A DNA stretch of 64,000 nt from Ruminococcus sp. Lineage in GTDB: Bacteria > Bacillota > Clostridia > Oscillospirales > Acutalibacteraceae. How positions within the stretch are numbered: position 1 is the first letter of the stretch; each line of letters opens with the position of its first letter. The notes below the pieces were generated by a model. The model ran no database searches. It was given only the letters and a program-made list of their open reading frames with translations, and had not been told where the DNA came from. A program made the translations under genes and the position numbers. This document shows positions 40,026 through 46,956 of the stretch, in pieces. The DNA lies in the NCBI GenBank assembly GCA_045124035.1, contig JBGVLC010000032.1, positions 30,427 through 94,426 on the forward strand, written 5' to 3'.

Positions 40026-40062
40026 AACAGGCACACATAACTTTTATGTATGCCTGTTTTTT
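40026..40062 (+). terminator. Intrinsic terminator after tarJ
   Basis: ACAGGCA..TGCCTGT stem plus T tract. Confidence 0.75.
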
Positions 40063-40063
40063 G

Positions 40064-40092
40064 TTGACAACTTGGGTTTAGTTTGCTATAAT
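40064..40092 (+). promoter_or_regulatory. Consensus SigA promoter for the tRNA-Leu locus
   Basis: TTGACA-N17-TATAAT. Confidence 0.85.
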
Positions 40093-40114
40093 ATTGAGGT
40101 TAAATATTATGTTA

Positions 40115-40300
40115 GCAGGTATGGCGGAATTGGTAATAGAGCGACCGCTGCCTGTGGCAGATAAAGGGAGCGATATGCTGTCTGAAATAACGAGCATCGG
40201 CGAAGTACTTCAGCACGAGACAGGGCGACTATATTTCAGACCGGACGACGCATAGCGTCTGTGTTGCTGTTGTTTATCTATGTTACCATTCGCTCTTAAT
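40115..40300 (+). other. tRNA-Leu 5' fragment (19 nt) followed by a structured insert of about 165 nt
   Basis: GCAGGTATGGCGGAATTGG, then hairpins CTGCC/GGCAG, GTCTGAAATA/TATTTCAGAC and GACGC/GCGTC. Confidence 0.6.
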
Positions 40301-40311
40301 TCAATTAATAT

Positions 40312-40394
40312 GCAGGTATGGCGGAATTGGCAGACGCGTATGGTTCTGTCTACGCCCCCTCGGTGGACTTGCAAATTAAGTTCACTATCCTGCA
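40312..40394 (+). pseudogene. tRNA-Leu-like element: conserved 5' half, replaced 3' half
   Basis: GCAGGTATGGCGGAATTGGCAGACGCGTATGGTTC matches the intact tRNA from position 8; the element ends in TCCTGCA and has no TTC T-loop or CCA. Confidence 0.6.
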
Positions 40395-40472
40395 TAAATA
40401 ATGTGGATTAAGCGAAACGCTCCACCTCGGACACTCCGGCCGTGTAAAATCTACGGAGTAAAAATTTAATAT

Positions 40473-40559
40473 GCACCTGTGGCGGAATTGGCAGACGCGT
40501 ATGGTTCAGGTCCATATCTTTTCACGAAGGTGCAGGTTCAAGTCCTGTCAGGTGCACCA
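40473..40559 (+). tRNA. tRNA-Leu(CAG)
   Basis: Acceptor stem GCACCTG/CAGGTGC, anticodon stem TATGG/CCATA with loop TTCAGGT, long variable arm, GGTTCAAGTCC T arm, encoded CCA. Confidence 0.95.
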
Positions 40560-40562
40560 GTA

Positions 40563-40602
40563 TGAGTGTTCATAACGTATTTAAGTTATGAACACTCTTT
40601 TT
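40563..40602 (+). terminator. Terminator after the tRNA
   Basis: GAGTGTTCATAAC/GTTATGAACACTC stem plus T tract. Confidence 0.85.
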
Positions 40603-40663
40603 TATTCAAATTCTTCTAATATGTATGCGTGAGCAGGTTATGTGCCTGCTCACTTTTTTGTTA

Positions 40664-41054
40664 TTATGCTGACTTTCTTGGGATATACTCAACCTCAACA
40701 CCTATGCGTGTGTCGGCTTTGTAATTTTCATCTTCGGGCAACATTGGAATGTTAATAAACCCGACAAAGCGGTAGTATATAACAAGTTCTTGAGTATAGC
40801 ATTTGTTTCCGCCTTGCTTTTCGTGAACATCAATATGGTCAATGAGTTCTCGAAGCATTGGTGCTGTAAGAATTCTCATTTCCATAAACTTTCGGACAGC
40901 TTTGATGAAATCATCTTTGTCTTGCTTCATTTCACCGATTTTGGAAAGACGTTCTCTGTACTCAGCAATGTTGCTTTTTAGTTCAAGTCGCTCTGTTTCA
41001 TATTTACGGAGCAACTCCATAAACATCTCGTCGCTGACTTTGCCTGTTACATTA
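40664..41054 (-). pseudogene. C-terminal remnant of a large serine recombinase (DUF4368-type tail)
   Basis: NVTGKVSDEMFMELLRKYETE..LRELIDHIDVHE..QELVIYYRFVGFI; an in-frame stop lies just upstream, and the catalytic and recombinase domains are absent. Confidence 0.75.
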
Positions 41055-41343
41055 ACTTACGTTTAGGCGCAGGTATGTCATCGCATATTAACATTTCTAA
41101 AAAGTCATCCGTTATTCTCATCTGCGTTTGACGTTTATATCTTACTTTAAGTTTCCCATCAACTTTCACAGGCTCACAAAAGTCTTTTTTACTGATTGTA
41201 AAATATCCGCTGTCATTTCTGCGAGAATAGGGAGTGTAAATAACAGTATCCTCACCACTCAGTTCATCTTTAGCAATGGTGATCACATAAATAAGCTTGC
41301 CATCATACCGCTTGTAGTAGCCAGCATACCTCGCTTGTTGTAT
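41047..41343 (-). pseudogene. Start-less fragment resembling DUF1653
   Basis: GYYKRYDGKLIYVITIAKDELSGEDTVIYTPY..F..PVKVDGK; the frame is open up to the stop of the upstream gene, with no SD-supported in-frame start. Confidence 0.4.
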
Positions 41344-41592
41344 TTATTGTTCATTGTGTTTATCCTTGAGTTTTAAAAGTATATATTCATAACTATCTCT
41401 GTTATGGGGAATCAGACAATTGGTGCAATCTTTTGTTTTGTTATCAATCAAGGTGTAATTTCCGCCACATTCAGACAGAGAATACAGAGGGCAATAACAA
41501 AACAAGCAGTTGAAGTTATCATCATTTTCCATCTTATGGCAAGGGAAATATTCACACTCGTAGTTTCTGAAAAATTTAGAACTGTTATTCAT
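41344..41592 (-). CDS. Cysteine-rich small domain protein
   Basis: FFRNYECEYFPCH..FNCLFCYCPLY..CGGNY..KDCTNCLIPH. Confidence 0.85.
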   Translation of the reverse strand: MNNSSKFFRNYECEYFPCHKMENDDNFNCLFCYCPLYSLSECGGNYTLIDNKTKDCTNCLIPHNRDSYEYILLKLKDKHNEQ

Positions 41593-41604
41593 GGAGCACT
41601 CCTG

Positions 41605-44250
41605 TCATTCAATCAGACCGTATTTTATTTTTATTCGGTCAAGTTTTTCAAGCATCGGTTCTGATACAAGCAAAAGAAATAAAGCCGTTGAAAAACCGTG
41701 AATCAAATCCATCGGCAAACCTGTCACATAGTAAGCAAACAACATCTCAAAATTTACTGACTGCGGTGAAATCATCAAAGCCGCCGCAGGGTTCATTATA
41801 CCACCGTATATTACAACCGCACACAAAACGCCAAACACAGCAAGTGACATTCTTGTTCTTCTGAGCCATCCTTTTTTGAACAGTACACCTGCCAAAAACC
41901 CAATTATACCCATCGCAAACATCTGCCAAGGTGTCCATGGACCTTGTGAAAACAACATATTTGATGTAAGCATTGTAACAGCACCTACTAAAAATCCTGT
42001 TTCTCCACCCAAGGCTACACCTGCAATTATTGTCAAAGCCATAACTGGTTTGAACTGCGGCAGCATAAAAAACAGGCTTCGTCCTGCAACTGCTATGCCA
42101 CACAGCACAGCTATTGTAACAAGCTCTCTTGCTTTTGGTTTTCTGCCCTCAAAGACGAGCACAAATGGTAACATACACTCGAGTAGCACAAGCAGGGCAA
42201 TTATGTTGTAATAGTCATCATCAAGATAGAACACACCGCAAAAAATTGTAAGTGGTATGAAAAGTAAAATCAGAACTGAAGCAGTAATAGTTCGTCTGTT
42301 TAGTTTTCGATGTTGTTTATCAGTTTGCACCATAATCGGTGCTGGACTTCTTCGACCTATCGAGAGTATAAACACCGACAAAGCCACAAACAAGACTATA
42401 TATAATTTCAGCTGACCAAAACCTTGTTCACTTATACCTGATGAATTCACCATTGAAGATAATTCTGTTATCCCTGTTGCATATAAAAATACAGCAAAAG
42501 CAACAAGCATTGAAACACAAGCTATCAGCTTTCGCCACAATGGAAGTGGCTTTGGTTTGAAGCTTACACTTCTTTTTGAGACTTGCGGTAGTGGTGTTAT
42601 CGTTTCATCTTCTTCTGCTTCTTCTTTGATTTCTGCACCACAGCAATATGTAATATCTTCAACTGTTACAGCCTTTGGTATAAGGTGGCGAGCCATACGA
42701 TTTGCAGGAGTAGTGTAAAAGCTGTTGCCCGAGAAAAACTCTCTTGGTGTGCCTTCTGCAACAATATTGCCGTCAAAAAACATTCCGCAACGGTGAGCAT
42801 ATTCAGCACAAAAGCTTACATCGTGGCTGACCATAAGAATTGTCACACCTTGCTTTAACAGCTTTTTCAGAATATTTGCAAAGCTGACTTTAAATTCCGC
42901 ATCAAAACCTTTTGTCGGTTCATCTAAAAGCAACACATCAGGAGAAGTAAGCAACACTTTTGCAAGGGCTGTACGCTGTTGTTCACCGCCTGAGATGTCA
43001 TAAGGATGACGGTCAAGAAAAGCTGAAAGCTCACATAATTTTACTACACGGGCAACCTGCTCGTCCTTTTCTTCCTTTGTCATTTTAGCACCTTTGAACA
43101 CTTCATATAAATCTTCTCGAACAGTGCGTTTCACAAAAAGTGTCTGGGGATTCTGAGGAAGATGTGCAAGCTTTCCTTTTATTTTCACATCTCCTCTGTA
43201 TGATGGCAGTATTCCTGAAATTACTTTTAATGCAGTTGTTTTTCCTGCACCATTACCACCTAGTAATGCATAGAAATCGCTTTTTCTGAGTTCAAGTGAA
43301 AAACCTTTGACCACATCAGGTGAGTCTTTCTCGTATCGAAACCAGATGTTATCAACTCTCAAAGCTACATCTTCACTTTGAATTAAATCGTCTTTTTTAT
43401 AAAGCTCCCTGAGGGGCTTTTCTTTATTTCTGCTGTTTAAAAAATCACTGCCATCACGCACAGTAAGAGGACAACTTAAATCTGTCTCAACTCCTGCCCA
43501 TACACGCATAGCAGTTGGCATAGCAAGAAACATTGAGTTTTCTTTTTCTTTGAGAGTCAGTCCGACTTTCTGAGGAACATCATCACAGATTATTTCGCCT
43601 TTTTCCATAACAACAACCCTAGTTGCATAGACAAAAGCTTCTTCGAGGCGGTGCTCTGTGAGTATAACAGTTGTGCCGAGTTCTCGGTTGATTCTGCCGA
43701 GAAGTGCCAAAAAGTCGGTTGCCGCAATCGGGTCAAGCTGTGCTGTAGGTTCATCAAGCACCAGCACGCTTGGTTGCATAGCCATAACAGAAGCTAAACT
43801 TAACAGCTGTTTCTGTCCGCCTGACAGTTCGCTGACGTTTTTATAAAACCATTTTTCAATTCCGAAAAAAGCCGCTACTTCTGCAACTCGTCTGCGGATT
43901 GTCGGCGTATCATAGCCTAAACTTTCAAGACCGAACGCAAGCTCATGCCACACCTTATCGGTTACAACCTGATTTTCGGGTGACTGCATAACAAAGCCGA
44001 TTTTCTGAGATTGAGTGCGTGCGTCAACGTCATCAAGTTTATACCCATCAAAAAGAATGTCACCTGTTAAAGTTCCGTGTGGTTTAAGGCAGGTTTTCAA
44101 ATGCCTTAAAAGAGTTGATTTACCACAACCTGACGGACCACAAAGCACTAAAAATTCACCTTGTGTTACCTCAAAAGAAATGCTTTTGAGTGCTCTTTGC
44201 TCCTGCTCAGGATACGAAAAGCTCACATTTTTGAATATATAGTTTTCCAT
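41605..44250 (-). CDS. ECF transporter: tandem ATPase (A-A') fused to a C-terminal S component (CbrT-like, cobalamin)
   Basis: Two Walker A motifs (GPSGCGKST, GGNGAGKTT), LSGGQ and ISGGE signatures; C-terminal multi-TM region with PQFKPVMAL..GFLVGA..SNMLFSQGPWTPWQMFAMG. Confidence 0.88.
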   Translation of the reverse strand: MENYIFKNVSFSYPEQEQRALKSISFEVTQGEFLVLCGPSGCGKSTLLRHLKTCLKPHGTLTGDILFDGYKLDDVDARTQSQKIGFVMQSPENQVVTDKVWHELAFGLESLGYDTPTIRRRVAEVAAFFGIEKWFYKNVSELSGGQKQLLSLASVMAMQPSVLVLDEPTAQLDPIAATDFLALLGRINRELGTTVILTEHRLEEAFVYATRVVVMEKGEIICDDVPQKVGLTLKEKENSMFLAMPTAMRVWAGVETDLSCPLTVRDGSDFLNSRNKEKPLRELYKKDDLIQSEDVALRVDNIWFRYEKDSPDVVKGFSLELRKSDFYALLGGNGAGKTTALKVISGILPSYRGDVKIKGKLAHLPQNPQTLFVKRTVREDLYEVFKGAKMTKEEKDEQVARVVKLCELSAFLDRHPYDISGGEQQRTALAKVLLTSPDVLLLDEPTKGFDAEFKVSFANILKKLLKQGVTILMVSHDVSFCAEYAHRCGMFFDGNIVAEGTPREFFSGNSFYTTPANRMARHLIPKAVTVEDITYCCGAEIKEEAEEDETITPLPQVSKRSVSFKPKPLPLWRKLIACVSMLVAFAVFLYATGITELSSMVNSSGISEQGFGQLKLYIVLFVALSVFILSIGRRSPAPIMVQTDKQHRKLNRRTITASVLILLFIPLTIFCGVFYLDDDYYNIIALLVLLECMLPFVLVFEGRKPKARELVTIAVLCGIAVAGRSLFFMLPQFKPVMALTIIAGVALGGETGFLVGAVTMLTSNMLFSQGPWTPWQMFAMGIIGFLAGVLFKKGWLRRTRMSLAVFGVLCAVVIYGGIMNPAAALMISPQSVNFEMLFAYYVTGLPMDLIHGFSTALFLLLVSEPMLEKLDRIKIKYGLIE

Positions 44251-45113
44251 TTTCTATCCTCCACAGTGTTGAGCACAACAGGTGTTATGCATAGTCCAAA
44301 GTAAATAAAATAAAAAGGTATGGTTGTAATATTGAAAGCTGAGTATCGTATATCCGGAAAATATCTGAAACCAAAGGCAGATACTATAACTCCAGCCAGA
44401 AGATACAGAAAACAGAACACAAACCATACAAGTACGTATTTATCCCTATCCTCAAAACGATAAATAGAAAACGCTGTTCTGCCCTTTAAGCCGTAACCTC
44501 GGCTTTTCATACTGTCAGCAGTTTCGATTGCATTCTCAAGCGACCACGTTATCATAATCGACATAATTGTTATTGCAGTTTTTGTGCGACTGATAAGACT
44601 TCCGCTTGATATATCTCTGCCGATACATCTTTGTGCATCTGCTACATTTTTCATCTGAGTTTTGAATTTCGGTACAAAACGTAAGGTCATACTGAGCACT
44701 AACGATAATGCGGGTATAACCTTGCCGAAAAGATAAATAAACTTATCAGATGTCATAACGCAGTTGAAAGCCGAAAACCACAACAGCAAAGTTATAATCA
44801 TACCGCCTGACGAAAAACCATAGAGTATGCTTTCAAGTGTCAGCGGATTACCGTTTGAAAAATACAGCAAAATAGTTTTGCCCTCGTGATTAAAAGCAGG
44901 GTTAATGAACGCCGTGAGTAAGACAAGTGGTAAGCAGAATTTCAGCAAAAAGCCTACACTTTTCTTTCCCTGTGTGCTGATAACATAAACGACAGCACAC
45001 AAGAGTGAAATAAGCTGTGCAAACGGATGGTTGATTACCATTGAAAATCCGATTGTAAGCGTAAAATATATTAAATTAACAAAAGGATGATACTTAGAAA
45101 AAGAATCACGCAT
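44223..45113 (-). CDS. ECF transporter T component (CbiQ/EcfT)
   Basis: YHPFVNLIYF, MTLRFVPKF, LENAIETADSMKSRGYG. Confidence 0.9.
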   Translation of the reverse strand: MRDSFSKYHPFVNLIYFTLTIGFSMVINHPFAQLISLLCAVVYVISTQGKKSVGFLLKFCLPLVLLTAFINPAFNHEGKTILLYFSNGNPLTLESILYGFSSGGMIITLLLWFSAFNCVMTSDKFIYLFGKVIPALSLVLSMTLRFVPKFKTQMKNVADAQRCIGRDISSGSLISRTKTAITIMSIMITWSLENAIETADSMKSRGYGLKGRTAFSIYRFEDRDKYVLVWFVFCFLYLLAGVIVSAFGFRYFPDIRYSAFNITTIPFYFIYFGLCITPVVLNTVEDRKWKTIYSKM

Positions 45114-45116
45114 ATT

Positions 45117-46244
45117 TTATCCCATCCAATCGCAACCTACATCTTTACCTAAATCACAGGTGTATCGCCATTCAACAACTTCACCTTGCACAAGCTGATA
45201 ACGAGAGCAACCATAGTTTGGATACCAACCATTAACCCTGTAAGTCCAACCTGATAGATTACCACAATCAAACTCATACAGGTTATGGATACCCTCTATG
45301 TACGCACTGTTATAAATCGGAGTCCATGATGATTCAAGGTGTATATTATTTTCTTTACACACACGCTGAAGAACATCAAACACAGACTCGCCCTCAAAGA
45401 AAGTAACTGTTGTCGCAGGTAAAATCACACCATTTGATGGTACAAGTTCTAATTTATCAGGGTCCAGGTCTTCAAGATTATTGAGTATAGTTGAACACTC
45501 AATAGAAAATGTGCAGGTATATGTTTTTTCGTTATTTATATCTTGATTTTCAGGTTCTACAGGTCTTGGTTTACCCTGTGGTATAGGGTCTGTTTTATAC
45601 TTATCCTGTTCTGAGTCACTTCCGTCGGAATATACTCTGCCACCTGACTGCAAAGAACCACTCAGGTATTCATCAGTCTTTACATCATCTGAATCGTTCT
45701 TTGTTTTATCTTTGTCAGACGAAACCACTTTGTTCTCTGTTGCTTGTTGCTGTGTAGTGTCAGGAGTTATGATACAACTTTCAACGATTTTATTAACAGA
45801 AATATTCAGGATACTCTCTTTTGTTCCTGTGAGCGACACCGAATAAACGGGCTTATCATCCGAATATGCTGTTGCACTAAGGCAGTCCCACTTCTCGTTC
45901 AGATAAACAGAAAGTAACATCGGAAATCCGAAATCCTCTTTCTGTGAAAACTCGATTATTATTCCATCTTTATTCTTAATATCAGTTAAAAGATTTATAT
46001 CTTTCGTTTCAACAATATCGCTACCAAAAACTGTCCATTCATAAGAATAGTCACCCGACTTACCCGTAAAAGTAGCGATTGCATTTTCGTCTTTAATGTG
46101 ATTTAAAACACTTTTTTCAATTATTCCGTCTTCGGGAATCGCTATGTCAGATTGTAAATCAACCTGAGAAAAGTTACCCTCACACGCACATAGTAAAAAT
46201 AACAACACTATACTTATCAGTATGCTTAAAAACTTTTTCATCAC
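45117..46244 (-). CDS. Lipoprotein with a C-terminal DUF4430 domain (putative cobalamin-binding)
   Basis: Lipobox LCAC; GESVFDVLQRVC, YIEGIHNLYEFDCG..SGWTYRVNGWYPNYGCSRY, WRYTCDLGKD. Confidence 0.82.
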   Translation of the reverse strand: MMKKFLSILISIVLLFLLCACEGNFSQVDLQSDIAIPEDGIIEKSVLNHIKDENAIATFTGKSGDYSYEWTVFGSDIVETKDINLLTDIKNKDGIIIEFSQKEDFGFPMLLSVYLNEKWDCLSATAYSDDKPVYSVSLTGTKESILNISVNKIVESCIITPDTTQQQATENKVVSSDKDKTKNDSDDVKTDEYLSGSLQSGGRVYSDGSDSEQDKYKTDPIPQGKPRPVEPENQDINNEKTYTCTFSIECSTILNNLEDLDPDKLELVPSNGVILPATTVTFFEGESVFDVLQRVCKENNIHLESSWTPIYNSAYIEGIHNLYEFDCGNLSGWTYRVNGWYPNYGCSRYQLVQGEVVEWRYTCDLGKDVGCDWMG

Positions 46245-46892
46245 TTATTCACCAACAACAATTTTTCCGTTTTTGACTTTCAATGTTTTCTGTATCATCG
46301 CAAGGCTCTCTTTTTCGTCTGATGCTGCAAAAACAGCATCCTCAACTATGAGGTCAAAGACTTCGTCTGTTCTTGCACCACCTTTTATACGGAAATTCAT
46401 TCTATAAACAACATTGTCTTTTTCTTCGAGTAACTCCTGACTGAATGAATTTTTGCCACCTGTTGTATCGAGATACATAATATTGATAAGTCCCGATTTA
46501 TTGCATTGTTCTACATTACAGCTAAACTCAGGGAGCTTGACATCTTCACCTGATGTTGCATTGTTATAAACATAAACATTTCCTTCTTCAAGTCCCAAAA
46601 ACTCAAGTTTTGAATTGTCAAAAGAAATGCTCGAACTGAAAGCAGGATATTTTGCTTCTCCAAGACTTGTAACAGTAACATCAAGAGATACTGTATCATC
46701 TTGTGACAAACTTATCTTCTGCGGTGTTTCAACAATCAGGGTAGGTTTTGACCTGAAAATATCATCCTTTTTAAAAACAAGAAATATAATCAGTAATATA
46801 ACAAGAATAATTGCAATTAAGATGATAATAATTCTTTTCTTTTTTTTAGAGTTCTTAACTTCTTTATTAAGAGTTTCAACCTTTTCTTCCAT
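46245..46892 (-). CDS. Membrane-anchored cohesin-like protein
   Basis: KKKKR followed by a strongly hydrophobic helix, then a beta-rich domain with the cohesin pattern V.LDVTV..AFSSSISFDNSKLEFLGLEEG..GLINIMYLD..VYRMNFRIK. Confidence 0.7.
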   Translation of the reverse strand: MEEKVETLNKEVKNSKKKKRIIIILIAIILVILLIIFLVFKKDDIFRSKPTLIVETPQKISLSQDDTVSLDVTVTSLGEAKYPAFSSSISFDNSKLEFLGLEEGNVYVYNNATSGEDVKLPEFSCNVEQCNKSGLINIMYLDTTGGKNSFSQELLEEKDNVVYRMNFRIKGGARTDEVFDLIVEDAVFAASDEKESLAMIQKTLKVKNGKIVVGE

Positions 46893-46956
46893 ACAAAACC
46901 TCCTGATTATACCATTTAAAGGGCAGAGAAATTCTCCGCCCTTTAAATAAACTTAC

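Noticed and set aside
40115-40559. Repeat-spacer-repeat pattern (TGGCGGAATTGG x3) as a CRISPR-like array
   Set aside because: The repeats are tRNA 5' halves, the spacers are long and unequal, and there are no cas genes. It is reported instead as tRNA-derived elements.
40473-41054. The tRNA-Leu 3' end as the att site of the adjacent recombinase
   Set aside because: No duplicated tRNA 3' end is visible in the window, and the remnant is serine-type, whereas tRNA 3' ends are typically targeted by tyrosine integrases. The link cannot be supported.
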